Program-made: the position numbers and the translations under genes
Notes under the pieces: generated by a model
Told to the model about the DNA's origin: nothing
Seen by the model: only the letters and a program-made list of their open reading frames with translations
The model's database searches: none
Part shown: in pieces, positions 13,501 to 27,000 of the stretch
Numbering within the stretch: the stretch's first letter is position 1
How the letters are laid out: the number at the start of each line of letters is the position of its first letter
Assembly (NCBI GenBank): GCA_043228905.1
Contig: JBHGNT010000005.1
Location: 16,058,001-16,122,000 of the forward strand
Length of the DNA: 64,000 bases
Reading direction: 5' to 3'
From: Azolla caroliniana
Lineage: Eukaryota > Plantae > Polypodiophyta

Positions 13501-16500
13501 AGATGTACAGTTTCTTAGATGGTTTCAGTGGCTATAACCAAGTACGCATGCACCCCGAGGACCAGGAGAAGACGGCATTTGTCACGGACTGGGGAGTATA
13601 TGTGGCGGTCGTCATGATGTTCCGGCTAAAGACAGTGCCGGCAACATTTCAACGAACGATTACGGAGATCTTTGGGGAATACATTCCGGCGTTCATGCAA
13701 GTCTTTTTAGACGATTTTGCAATATATGGGCGAACAAAAGACCATTTCTCGCACTTACGTCTGTGCCTGGAACGTTGCCGCACCGCACACTTAAGCTTGA
13801 ATCCCGCGAAATGTGCTTTCGGCGTGACCAACGGGACTCTCCTAGGCCACATTGTTAGCAAAGAAGGAATAGCGGTCGACCCAAACAAGATCTCCGCTAT
13901 TACGCAAGCTAAAACCCCGATAAATGCCAAATCACTTAGCCGATTTCTGGGCCAAATACGGTGGCATAGTCGGATGATACGGTATTTGGCGGACTTCGCC
14001 ACGCCACTACACGCTGCCGTACATCGGACTCCTTTCCAATGGACTGCAACAGAGGATAAGGCCTATGAGGCACTTAAGGTAATGCTCACACAAACCCCCG
14101 TCGTACAACCTCCAGTTTAGGTGAAGCCATTCCACGTGTTCGTCGACGCCTCAGACATAGCAATAGGAAGTGCGCTAATGCAACTCACCGAACCAAACTG
14201 GTATCGGCCACTATACTACGCAAATCGTAAATTGTCAACAGCAGAGCGTAACTATTCCACAACAGAGCGGGAGGCGCTAGGGATGATCTATACCATCAAT
14301 AAATTCCGACATTATTTACTAGGACGGAAATTCACGTTGCACATGGATCATTCGGCATTATTGTATTTGGTGGAGAAACAAGCCCTGACAGGGAAATTGG
14401 CGCGGTGGATGCTGCTGCTCCAGGAATTCGAGTTTGTAATTCAGCTCCGGCCAGGGACGCAACACGTAGTGCAGATTTTTTGAGCAGACTTGAGATTGGA
14501 GAAACAATACAGAAAGACGACGACGATTTTCCGGACGCCAACATCTGGCGAGTAGCGACGATTGCAAAAAAAACAGAATCCACCTTTCCGGATCGATGGC
14601 TTATGGAAATGATGTCGCGTTATTACGCGCGTGCGTGGAGAAAGGCGGGGCCACGGGGGTCTTGGACTAGGGAGTGTTGGAGCGTAGGAAGTCGGGCTTC
14701 ACCGTTCCCGGGGCATCTCAGAAGCACACCAGAAGCAACCGAGGGGAGAGAGAGAGAGAGAGAGCGCTTAACACCGACTCACGCACACACACACATGCTG
14801 ACCCGCCTCGCGCCCTCATGTACAGGAAATGCAGGAAAGGGGAAACACCCGACACAAACATAGACGCGAATATATACAGACAGACGCAAACATATATATA
14901 TGTATAAACAGAAGAATACATTCCCGGCTTCGAGCCGGACTGAGGTAGGTTACAGTAGTCGTCTGCTGCCAAGCCGCCGTCGGGGAGCTCTCAGCTCGTC
15001 GCGCCGAGCGGGGTCTTGCACAAGAGGCCGAACCAAAGCAAACCCTAAGCGAAACACGAAGAAGGAGAAGAAGAAGAACCTAACTCTAAACCTAACGGTA
15101 TACCCTCTATTGCAAAAAGGGCAACCCCTCCACATAGGGCGATCCCTTCCTTTTATAGAACAAGGAGAGGGATGCGTTACAATGTGGGACAAATCCCGAC
15201 TTTCATGGGATCGTCTGTCCCGACTTGACTAATCCTCGGCGCCATAAAGGTGCCCTCGATATTCACACTAAATGTACATGGGTGCGTACACACGCTGCAC
15301 CCCGCCGATGTAGCCAATGTTTCCCGGTTTTCGCCTGTGGCCAAAATTCTTCACGACATCCGCCCCCACCTAACTGCACGTCCACCGGTCCGTGCCAATC
15401 TTGTTGAAGGGTGAGAGATTTCGGCCGGTGAGAAACCGGTCTCCCGTGATCCGCATCTCGGCTTACTGCTGGTTTGATCCGTCAGCTTCGAGTCTTCCTT
15501 CGCGCTCGCCTCCCCATAGGCTCATTCGACCCGTCGATGGGTCCTCTACCGCGATCTCTGTAGTGCGCGTTCTTCTGTTGGCCCTTGTTCGGCCGTATGA
15601 ACGCCCCGCTTCCTGCCGTATGCCCGATGTCCTCCGCTTGAGGCATGCCCGTGGTGGCCCGCTTGGCCTCCGTTGTCCAATCGTGATGTCCCGATGGTGT
15701 TTCGCGTCGCCTTCGTCCTTCTGCCGCCACCTTCCTTCTCCATGGTCTTACATCGCCGTGTCGGCTCGAACCGCCATGGTCTCCGGAACGGTGTGGAGGA
15801 TCCCTTTCCGACGTTCTCCGCGCTCGCCTTCCTGCTCCGGCACCCCCCCCCCGTGTGCCACATACCCTCGTCCGTTGTTTGGCACCGCCTGTGCCGCGCT
15901 CCGGTTCATTGCACGTCTTGTCGGCCCCTTTCCGGCTAGATCGTGCATCGCCGCTCACCCGTATACCGGTGTTCTTTGCATCTGAGGAACACCCCATAGT
16001 AGCCCGCTTGGCCCTTCCCGTCTTCGTGCTGCTGCAATAGGTTATGAGTCTTCTGCTTGCCGTCGTCCCCTCGCCCCCACCAGCTTCTCATCCCGGCTTG
16101 CCGTGTCAGTCTTCGTTTCTTCGACGAAGCTACCAGGATCTACGAAGCGAGTGTGTAGGATCCTCCTTCGGCCTCTCTTGCCATCCCCTGACTCCAACCC
16201 TGTGCAGTCCACTAGGCACTTGTCACGTCGTTCCCGGCACCTCCCTTGTGCCGTCTTCCGCTTCCTTTGTTCGGCACCGCCCGTGCCGAACACCGTCTCG
16301 TAGTCACGCTTCAATCGGGCCCGCGATGGCCACTTGCGAGACTCTTGTTCTGTCCAAAGTGTGCCTTTCCGGCCTGACACACCTCTCCGTGTTTGCCCTT
16401 ACCGGCTTCTTCCGAAACCTCGTGTCGTCGGGTCCCGTTCCCTACCGCCATCGTCCTTCTCCCTCGGTCTCACGTTGCCACGTTGGCCGAACTGCCGGTG

Positions 16501-16739
16501 CCTCCGGATCGGTGTGAGGGTCCCATAGGACCGGACTCCGTTTCTATGCTTGCCGAAATTCGGGTGTCTTTTGTTTGAGTCCCTCTCGGACTCTCCTCGT
16601 GTCTTCCGCGTAGCCGGGTCCCGTTTCCCGCCGCCACCTTCCTTCTCCCTTGGTCTTACGTTGCCACGATGGCAGAACACCGGAGTCTCCGAAACCGGTG
16701 TGGGGATCCCGTAGGACCGGACTTCCTTACGCCCATTGT

Positions 16740-16950
16740 CTTCGTCACCTCGCCGCCACCGTCAGTATCTTGGTCTTACGTCGACCACGTTGCCGACTGC
16801 CGAAGTCTCTAGATTCGGTGTGAAGGATCCTCCGTAGACCGCCCATCCGTAGCCCTTGCCTTCATCACCTCGCCGCCACCGTCAGTATCTTGGTCTTACG
16901 TCGACCGTGTTGCCAACTGCCGAAGTCTCTAGAACCGGTGTGAAGGATCC
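16740..16950. repeat. 120-bp tandem duplication inside element 2
   Basis: cttc(g/a)tcacctcgccgccaccgtcagtatcttggtc at 16740 and 16860. Confidence 0.9.
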
Positions 16951-18107
16951 TCAGTGGCCCGCTGTTTTGGCTTTCCGACCCTATCCCGGGTCGTCCTTTT
17001 TCGCATGCCGCGAGGGCGGTTTACTCCACACCCTCTCTCGTGGTACCGACGTACCGTCTCCTCGGCCTCTTCGTAGGCCTGCTCTCTTCCTCCCTTCCGG
17101 AATGGTCATCCGGGAGTCCACTCCGCCCGGTTCTCGTCCGGGTCTGTTCGTCCTTCTCCAGATTGCCGAGTCCCATTCTCCTATCGCCACCGATCTCCCT
17201 TATAGGACTCACGCCGGCACTCGGGCCTGCAACCGGATCGGTGTAAGGAATCCCATAGGACCGGCTTTCATTCTCTTTCCAAATCTCGACCTTCGCCCGG
17301 TCGGTCTTTCTCCCCATGTAAAAGAGGGCGGCTCGTCTCGCACCCCCTTCCGTATCGGCACCTTCATGCTGAATCCGGCCCCGATCGAACGATCCACGAC
17401 CGGATCACGCTCCACCCGTATCGAAATGCTGATCCCCTCATGCCGTGTCCGTCCTCGGCCTGCGAGGAAGCCGTTTCCCATCCTTCTTCGCTGGCATCAT
17501 GCCAGGACTCCTCGGTACCACCATCCATCTCCTCGGTCTTACATGGGCATACGGGCCAAATTGCCGAGTTCTCCGGAATCGGGTCCGTGGGCTTTCGTCC
17601 GCTCCTTCCCCGTATCGTCTCGCTGGTGATTCTCGGTCTATCGCCGTCGCCTTCCTCCACTTGGGACTCAAGTGTGGGAAGACACAAGGAATCGCCCATC
17701 CGTTCTTCGCCCTTGTCCGTAGCCACCGACTCTTCGTGGTCGGCGGTCGTCTTCTTACCGATCGCGCAAGCCCCGTCTGGGCTTGCTTCTCCAATGACCG
17801 GGATCTCGGGCTGACACGCCCGAAACCGCTAGTCCCAATGATCCGGTTCTGCGAACTGTATCTCGGCCTCGTCCCTGGCCGTTCTATCTCTGCAAGTCGA
17901 GAGGGCGTTTCATTCCGCACCCTCTCCCGTGATATCGTTGTACTGATCTCCCGCCGTCGCGTGGGGCAAGTCCGTCTCCTCGGTCTCAGCTTCTGGCCTC
18001 GATCCTCCCTCTTCCTCGAGCATCGCTTTGAGCGTTGTGTATGCCTCCGCAATCCTGGCCCCAACGCCGACCCTTGCCGACTCTCTTTGCCGTTCGGCCT
18101 CTTCCCG

Positions 18108-18740
18108 CTATGATGGCACGCCGTCGCGTACCTTCCTCTTAGACTTCTCGGCTCGCTCGTTGTCTAGCCGTTGGCACACCCTTCCGACCTTCGCCCAGTC
18201 CTCCGTAAGCCCATTCGCTCCATCATCGTCTTCGAGCTCAACCCTGATGGCTTCCCGTTCCGCTCGGTCGATCGACCTGACAAACAAAACGACTTTGTCT
18301 GCCCCCACCAAACCTTGTTCCCGCTCTAGGAGCCGAGCAAGTCGTCGCTCGAACTCCCAGAACGCCTTCGTCGCACCTCGATGGGTCTTTGCCGATGCTA
18401 CCCACTGGTCGAAGTCGTTTCGTCCCCGGCTCTTCCGCCATCCTCCGTATGCCTTCAGGAGCGCCTCTTCGAAGGCCTCCCACGAACTATGAGCCTCACA
18501 GAGCTCCTTTATTTTCGCATGCATCCGGACAGCTACGACTCGGCAGAAGAACTCCAGCCTCAACGCCTCGTCTACGCCACGCTCCTCCATTTCCGCGTTG
18601 TAGGCTTCCAAGTAAGATGGGACTTCGTCCCCGTTGAAACGGCCGACTCTTTCGACCACTCGCTCAACCGCTTCTTGCGCTGCCGACTCCAACACCACTT
18701 CGGCCACCATCTCCGCAAGGTCGTCGTCTTCCGACTCCAT
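18108..18740 (-). CDS. Gag-like capsid protein of element 2 (premature TAG at 18108; homology to copy 1 continues beyond it)
   Basis: ATG 15 nt after the PBS; VGRFNGDEVPSYLEAY...SWEAFEEALLKAY...ADKVVLFVRSI...LEDDDGANGLTEDWAKV. Confidence 0.7.
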   Translation of the reverse strand: MESEDDDLAEMVAEVVLESAAQEAVERVVERVGRFNGDEVPSYLEAYNAEMEERGVDEALRLEFFCRVVAVRMHAKIKELCEAHSSWEAFEEALLKAYGGWRKSRGRNDFDQWVASAKTHRGATKAFWEFERRLARLLEREQGLVGADKVVLFVRSIDRAEREAIRVELEDDDGANGLTEDWAKVGRVCQRLDNERAEKSKRKVRDGVPS

Positions 18741-18755
18741 CCTCCCTTGCCGCCT

Positions 18756-18773
18756 TTCACGTCGGGTTCACCA
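18756..18773 (-). promoter_or_regulatory. tRNA-Trp primer-binding site (18 nt)
   Basis: Plus strand TTCACGTCGGGTTCACCA matches the recalled 3' terminus of plant tRNA-Trp including CCA. Confidence 0.9.
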
Positions 18774-21131
18774 ATTATGTCGCGTTATTACGCGCGTGCG
18801 TGGAGAAAGGCGGGGCCACGGGGGTCTTAGACTAGGGAGTGTTGGAGCGTAGGAAGTCGGGCTTCACCGTTCCCGGGGCATCTCAGAAGCACACCGGAAG
18901 CAACCGAGGGGAAAGAGAGAGAGCGCGCTTAACACCGACTCACACACACACACATGCTGACCCGCCTCGCGCCCTCATGTACAGGAAACGTAGGAAAGGG
19001 GAAACACCCGACACGAACATAGACGCGAATATACACAGACAGACGCAAACATATATATATATGTATAAACAGAAGAATACATTCCCGACTTCGAGCTGGA
19101 CTGAGGTAGGTTACAATAGTCGTCTGCTGCCAAGCCGCCGTCGGGGAGCTCTCAGCTCGTCGAGCCGAGCGGGGTCTTGCACAGGAGGCCGAACCAAAGC
19201 AAACCCTAAGCGAAACACGAAGAAGGAGAAGAAGAAGAACCTAACTCTAAACCTAACGGTATACCCTATATTGCAAAAAGGGCGATCCCTTCCTTTTATA
19301 GAACAAGGAGAGGGATGCGTTACAATGTGGGACAAATCCCGACTTTCATGGGATCGTCTGTCCCGACTTGACTACTCTTCGGCGCCATAAAGGCGCCCTC
19401 GATATTCACACTAAATGTACATGGGTGCGTACACACGCTGCACCCCGCCGATGTAGCCAATGTTTCCCGGTTTTCGCCTCTGGCCGAAATTCTTCACGAC
19501 AACGTACTTTTTAACTACAGGACTACCTCCACCACAATTATGCACAGACGAGAAGAAACGACTAGCCATCCGAAGCCGTCACTTCTGCCTGGTCGAAGGG
19601 AATTTATATCACAAAGGAAGTGACGGCATTTGGCAACGTGGAGTCCGTCAAGATGAAAAAGAAGCAGTTTTACGGGAGGCACACTGCGGCACGGCCAGCG
19701 GCCATTACGCGGGCAACGTGACAGCTCGTAAAGTATGGCAGGTGGGCTTATGGTGGCCAACAATGCAGAAGGACGCATCCGAGTATTGTAGAAAGTGTGA
19801 TTTGTGCCAGCGGATGGGTCAGCCCGCGGAGGACGAAAGGATGCCACACCAGCCCGTATTACCACTGGACCCCTTCCAAAAGTGGGGATTGGATTTTGTG
19901 GGGCCCTTCACACCAGCAGCGGCCCGTACGAGCAACAAATACATATTGGTAGCCACAGATTACTGTACCAAATGGGTAGAAGCAAAGGCACTACGGGAAA
20001 ATACGGCGGCCGTCACAGCCAAATTTCTGTACGAGCACATCTGGTGCCGGTTCGGGTGCCCGATTGAGCTCATCAATGACCAGGGGAGCCACTTCCTCAA
20101 TACGGTGGTTCGGGAACTAACACAGCATTACGCAGTAGTCCACAAGAAGAGCACGCCATACTACCCGCAGGCGAATGGATTAACGGAATCCACGAACAAA
20201 ACTTTACAGACCATTTTGAAGAAAACCGTCAATGAAAATAGAACGGACTGGGATACCAAACTCTAGAGTGCGTTATGCGCGTACAGAACTAGTTACAAAA
20301 CAAGCATACAGTCAACACCGTTCCGACTAGCGTTTGGACTAGAGGTTGTGATGCCGGTCGAATTTCGGGTACCTAGTTTGCGCATTCAGGTACGGAACCG
20401 ATTATCAGAAGCCAAGTCGGAGGAGGAACGGCTCTACCAACTTCTCGAACTAGGGGAAAAACGCGTCCACAGCATGGCTGTGTTGGAAGAGGAACAACGA
20501 CGGCATAAAGCGTTTGTCGATCGACATCGCAGCGCAAGGGAAAAGGAGTTCGCCGTGGGCTAAGCGGTGCTAGTTTTTCAAACACGCATGGGCCAGATGC
20601 CGAGGAAGCTACGTTTCCGCTAGACCGGCCCATACTGGATAATTGGAGCGGAACAGGGCACGTTCCAACTAGGAACGCTGGCTGGAGAAATAGTACGGCA
20701 AAAAGTGAACGGGTTTCGGCTCATACCTTACCTGGGCCCTACGCCACCTAACCCATTCACCGCCGAACGAGACAAAGCCGGAGAACCCGCAGCGTAAAAT
20801 GGACAGTCCCATTTGTACTATAATGTAAAAATAGGTTGTAAATAACCGTTACGAAAAAAAAAGAAAAAAAGAGAGAGAAGATAGCGACTATTAAAACGAC
20901 TAAAGGCATGCACAAACTCCTAGTTCAAGAACACGCGGCATCACGATGGCTCACTGCCCAAGGAACCCTAAGCCACAAAAAGAAGAAAACAGAAGATTTT
21001 CTACACAAAGCAGAAACCCATCGTCTAGCTATCAGCGCTCCCATCGCTCCTCCTCACCTTCTTCCCCATCCTATCTCAGAGCTCCAACTCACCACTACTA
21101 ACCGTCTCCTCTCCACGAACCTACTCTGGCG

Positions 21132-22007
21132 ATGCCGATCTTCATCTCTACTGCCCTACGCTGATGGCTCGTGCAGAAGCGCCTGGATGGTTACATTCGG
21201 GTCGCAGAAGCACCTTCACACCCGAACGCCATGGACATCGCCAAGCGGCTTAACATCGACACGGTCACCAACTCTTCCATTTGGAAGAAGTTAGACTTAT
21301 CCTCACTAGACGAAAGACATTTTGAAATACCTCCTATAGAGGCGCTGCAACGGTATTTTGGCCCATATTCATCCTCTGCCAAGGCCTATAGAACAAAACA
21401 GATTCCGGATCCCTTCTTCCGTGAAGTTGCCAAGTTCCTACTGGAAACCGGTTGCGTCCATGTCAACGCATACGGGATGCCTAAGCAGAAGGCGGGCATC
21501 ATTATCGACACCTTTGAAGGGCGTACAATCGACTAGGGAGTCATCACAGGGCCGGCGTTAAGGGAAGGCTTGCATGCGTACCAAGCAGGCAAAAAGCTCA
21601 GGCCAATCATCCAACAATACCTTACGGTACTGTTTCCACCCCGAGGCCTGCCAGCACCGTAGCCTAGCCAACCCACGGCCCCGCCCCGCTCCGCGAAACG
21701 TAGGTTAGCGGAGTTAGCGGCCCTAGAGTGGGAAGAGGAACCCCAACCGGCCCAACCGGCCCAACCGGGCCCAAGGACAACACCTCCTACCAACCAGCCG
21801 GACACACGGGCGACACAGAAGGAACAACCGAGACGCCCCATGGAAGCAGCCCCAGAACCAGACACCGAAGCACGGCGGGAAAGCCCTAGACCAAAAGGGC
21901 GCAGATTGGACAGGAAAGATGGGCGGGGGTTGGTAAAAAACGCCCCAACGGCTCCGGAGGCACCAATCGAAGGCGAAGGCTCCGCAACAGCAGAGGCGAA
22001 TATGTAA
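21132..22007 (+). pseudogene. Extra sense ORF 3' of pol in the Athila-like gypsy
   Basis: ATG at 21132, one frame with three point-mutation-type stops; globular region (...GRTID[W]GVITG...) then a Pro/Glu/Arg-rich tail. Confidence 0.65.
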
Positions 22008-22779
22008 TCACTGACTATATCAATGATGTTACTTTTCCAGATCGTGTTCTTCCTCCTCCACCTCCACAAAAAATTGCATTATTTTGTGGATTGGTTGGTT
22101 AAATTTTATTATCAATATTTGAATATGCCAAGTTCTAGTACGTGCATTGTGACTCGTGGAACTCATCATGATCACCAAGTGTCATGCTTGCATGAATGCC
22201 AAATGGCGATCATGCATACCTAGAAGTTGGTGAGCATGCATATGTCCAAATCATGCTATATAAGCATGTGTTCAAGTATTGATGAACCGTTCCAATTCGC
22301 CACCAATCTTCAACATATTCTTGTTGGTTCATCAACATTAGAGGACATCTGTTTATATAGCATAGTTAGAACACATGCATTCTTGTCACCTTGCAACCAT
22401 GCATGATGATGACTTGACATTCGCGCAAGCATGCCATTTTGGAAGGCATGCCTAACGTGGTGACATTCTATAAATATGATATATCTTAATGGTTAAAGTT
22501 ATATCCATTCTTCTAAGAAGCCATGTATTCAAAACTCTACCATGACTATGGTGTTTTGAATATATATTTATGGGTGTCTATAATACATCATAATCAACCA
22601 CAAGTGATCTTTCATTGACCTTTTCTCAAAAACCATAGGTGCCTTTGCCAATAATGTAGATTGATGTTCAAATTATCAAAAAACTATATCACAAAAACCT
22701 CTTGGACCCATATGTACATATTCAACACAATTAGGCACTACAGTTGTGTTCAACCATCATGTCTACCAGACCTAGATGT

Positions 22780-23100
22780 CTTAGACCAAGAATTGTTTAA
22801 AAATAGATAATCAATACTCGACTCTTGCAACAACTCCTACATGAAGGTAAGTTCACTAAGTAATACCCACAAGCCCCCATCAAGGATGAGAATTGACCCT
22901 AGAAGTTTGCTGTCCATGGTTTTACTTAGCACATGGAAATGTTCGATCATCTTGTAGTGTGTTAGCCTCAAGGTTACCATTAATAATTGTGCACAATGAA
23001 TCATCAAAATTCTTGATCAAGGTTGAGACAAGTTCCACAAAGTGATAGCAATTGAAGGCCACTAGAATTGCACATCAATTTTCTGCTATCCATTTCAATT
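22780..23100 (-). pseudogene. Possible LINE apurinic-endonuclease relic
   Basis: Ordered motifs CNSSGLQLLSLC, LCTIINGN...DRTFPC and SSIDYLFL across frameshifts. Confidence 0.4.
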
Positions 23101-24085
23101 GAACATGTTGGATGATTGGAAAAGGTTGTGCTTAGTGAGGTTTTACACTATCATTTGTGTATGAATAGCCTTGATGCAAAGAGGGAATGCAATGAAGTTG
23201 AAGTCATTCTACAAACCTTTGGGCCTACATATGTTCCTCTTAATCTGCACGTGTAAAAATAACCAGTGTCATACCACATGTTGTCACGTTAACACTAACC
23301 TTCATGTGATTAGGAGCCTTAACTTAGATCAAGCATATACAGGAAACTTTGAACACATTCTTGTTTCTTGTACCTGCGAAGGGCATAATAAGATAATTTC
23401 CCAATCACAAACAGATGGAAATGCAGACACAATTAATTGATTGCAGTGATGAAACGATACTTCAATGCCAATCCGAATCCTACACATGAATCCATGCAAA
23501 AGTTTCATACTAAATTTAGACTAGTTCATTGACTTAAACGTAGCATTAGAAATTGCAACAATGCTAATGGCAGAGCATGAAAACCCAAACTAATTAAGGA
23601 TACAATCATTGGTGCCTGACCCATGGTTTACAAGTCAAGGACCCAGAACAGGGATATTGGGGGTGGACGGCAATCAACTCCCCATCGCCATTTAAGAGGT
23701 TCAATCAGATAAGAGTACAAAGTAGCAACAGTTAAGGAGCCTTAAAAGACTATAAAAATGTTGCTAACAAAGGGAAAGGTTTTATGTTAGAATTTCCCTT
23801 CATTTTGCAAACTAGTCATGCAAAAAGAGTGTGTAATGGGCTTGCTACCAGCAGCACACACTAGCTCTCCATTATTTTCCATTACGAGGTGAGGCTAGGT
23901 AGCTCAAGCCTCCCAAAAGGGATTCTAAAAAACATTTAGTAAAATAAAAGAGGAATTACTGAATTCTAACTATGTCTTGTGATTTCATGCCTCGACATGA
24001 TACAGACTTCCAACGCCTAATAATTAGCGTGTGCATGATTAATGTCATGTGTATGTATATATAAATACATGTTTTGGGTGATGAA

Positions 24086-27000
24086 TTATAGTTTAATAAT
24101 TGAGACCCTTGCCTGTTGTGGCCACTGCCCTTTACCATTCTCAAGGAATGGCATTGTCATCACATCTGAGAAGGTGCCACCATACATGCCTTTAGCTAGC
24201 CTTCCTGGATTAATACATAATGTGCTCTTGCTGCTCTTTCCATTCGCTTGAGAATCAACAGCTGAGGTCGAGGAGTCCTCCCCGTGTGTTAGCACCTGCA
24301 GAGCACAAAATTTTACTACATTATTATATGTGAATCTATGTATTATACACATTGTACATTGTCTAGCTACTAACAACATAGAACCCTACACTATACAGAA
24401 TGGGGTCCAGTAACCCCAAACTCTTTTGGACAAACATTTACATACATGAGAAATGAAATTTGACTCATCAAATTAACTTAGAGTTAGTAAACTCATTTAC
24501 ACATGAGTGCATATGACAATCTGGAACCAAATCATAAACCTTGTCATGTCAAAACCGTCACAGCATCATTAAGATACAAAACAAGCATTGCTGACTTACC
24601 TTGACGAATGGTGAAAGGTCAGAAGGTGTGATCAGAATATCTGGTTGGCAAGGTAATGATAACGAATCGGCTGAAAGAGAGAGATCAAGAGGAACTCCAG
24701 CAGCTGCCGGAAATAGGGGGTAGAAGCTGCTCATACAACAGAGGATAAAAATTAGAATATGTGAAACATGTATCTGACATATGTTGATTACAGAAAGCGG
24801 ATTTTACCTTTAGAATGACAAAGAAACATACATAAGCTCACATTTTACAGTATGTATCAAAAAAGCACACATACCCCTCTTGAAAAGAGTACACATCAGT
24901 TCTTTCATGGGCATTTTACACTTCATAATTATTTCACTGAATGAAAAGCTCTTGTTTCACATTAATAAGCTTGAGAATATCAAATTCGTGAACAAAAATA
25001 CTAACCTGTGTTGAGAAATCATGTGAGAAGCTAGCCTTCCAAGCCTATCCGTCGATGCACCCATGGGAACTCGAGCTGCTTCTTCACTGCTCAAGTGTCG
25101 TAACACATCCACCGTACAACACCCAATTGTCAACTGTTTTCCACCATTGTCTTATCATTAATTGTGTACATGCTCATCTTCAGGGGATTGTAATGTCATA
25201 CTACCCATATCATGTTGGTACATAATGTAAACTAGCAAACTTTATACCTTATTTATAGAGAAGAGGCCAGGATTTCCCAACATTGAGATCTGATAAAAAG
25301 AAACAGCATATAATGCATTGCTTGAATTCATGTTCAAGCATGTTCAAGTCATATGATTTAGAATTCAACAAAATTGAAATTGAAATGTATACCAGATGGT
25401 CAGCATCTGTAAAGTTGGCCCCATTCAATGGTGGCTAAAAATAAAATAGACAGTGAATCGATCAATACTTTCCGAGTCTTTTCTTTTTTTAAATAGTGGA
25501 AATAGAGAAGAAATCCACCTGAGGAAAGATAAAATCATGGTGTGCATCTCTTGTTGATGGAATCAATATCACTCTGGCACCACTTCCCATCTCTTCACAA
25601 TAATCTTTAATCTGTTTAACAAGCCATTAGCTGCTTCTAAATGCTATTATGATACCTTTGTCATTATAATGAGCACACTTGATGCAAGCTCATAAGTTCA
25701 CAAAAAACAAGTTTATGCTATGTGACCTTCTGTGGCCGTGTTATGAAGCCATCGTACCCTTATTTCAACTTCTTCTTGAAATATCTGATGGAAGGTTCTA
25801 TCAACAGTTCCAAGCTTGATTTGAGGGTGTTCAGAATCAACAAATGGGCCCATCTAGATACCAAAAAGAAGATTATTAGGTTAACTTTCTGCTTAAACTT
25901 TAGATAACATGTCAACTTCACATACTAAACATGCATTCGGAAGGGAGCTGTACAAACCAGAAGAATGAGATTTGGTTGTTTTTTTCTCGCATAGTTTATC
26001 AGCTCAACCAGGGGCTCATATTCAAGGTTGTCACTTGTTGTGAAAGGTCCTGCTGCAACTATCTTTTTGTTCATCAAAAGAGAACATGATATAAGAAAAT
26101 GATTGAATTTGGACTAAATAAAGCTTTGGTTTTTAGCAACGATACACAGCTAACATCTTTCTTGGTAACATAGCTCTCATAGAGAAACAGCATGCTTCAA
26201 ACATACAAAACTCATTGAAATAACTCTTTCCAATCCAGCTCTAGACATTTCACCAAGACATTCACCAAGTAAGCAATGATCATTCTATGCCCAGATTGTG
26301 AGAATGAGAATGGATAGTGACAGTGACATGTGCTAAAGATCAACATGATTATCATTGCCTTTGCAAAATAAGAGTACACTACCATTTCTTACAAACATTC
26401 CAAGAAAACATTAGAATGCCTTATAAAAGGCAATGGTAATATAGAAAACATGAAACAAAACAAAAATACAAATTTTCTGGAGCATACCATAGACATTGGC
26501 AAATCCTTTGAACTGCTATCAGTACTAGTCGGCATACTCGTTTCAATCATTTGGCGTTTGGCTTGAGGAGCCTCAGCTCCCAAGAGGTCATCATTCACAT
26601 GCATTGGGATAGAATCCACTATGCGTGTCACAACCAAACAATGACCACTTGGGTTATGACCTTCTACTCCAATAATCTGCTTTATTCATAGCATGCCCAT
26701 TATGTCTCTACTAGGTCTTCAATATATTGATAGTATAATAAGAGGTTGCATTATGGCACTTACCTGACCAGGAAAGAGTGAAAATCGCTCCAAACCATTG
26801 AGATCAAGCCTTACTCGATGCCCACTCGAATATTCAGCACTGAAAATTAAAATAAGCAAACTGATACCCTCAGATTACTTGCTCTAGAATGCATATAACT
26901 TATAAATTAGCATCACACTAACCCCCCTTGAAGAAGAACAGATTTGTCATTCAGATGGCCCTCTCCATCACAACACACCATTCCTACCACAAAGGTTCTA

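Larger units (their letters stand above)
14613..19501 (-). mobile_element. Non-autonomous gag-only LTR retrotransposon, copy 2 (LTRs 14613-15358 and 18778-19501)
   Basis: Highly similar LTRs TGTCGCG...TTCACGACA; 18-nt tRNA-Trp PBS 18756-18773; PPT-like tract 15359-15370; splits the host RH-IN linker (WLMEM|TYFLTTG). Confidence 0.93.
10082..22007 (+). mobile_element. Ty3/gypsy non-chromovirus (Athila/OTA-like), decayed, no 3' LTR seen, with a nested element at 14613-19501
   Basis: 5' LTR 10082-10520 (tgttg...gcaaca); degenerate tRNA-Arg PBS tggcacgcttggtg; gag with CLICQQPGHYATQC knuckle; protease IIDGGSG; RT FLDGFSGYNQ/VFLDDF; RH FVDASD/YSTTEREAL; integrase H2C2 finger plus WGLDFVGP/YYPQANG; no chromodomain or second RNase H seen. 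Confidence 0.9.
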
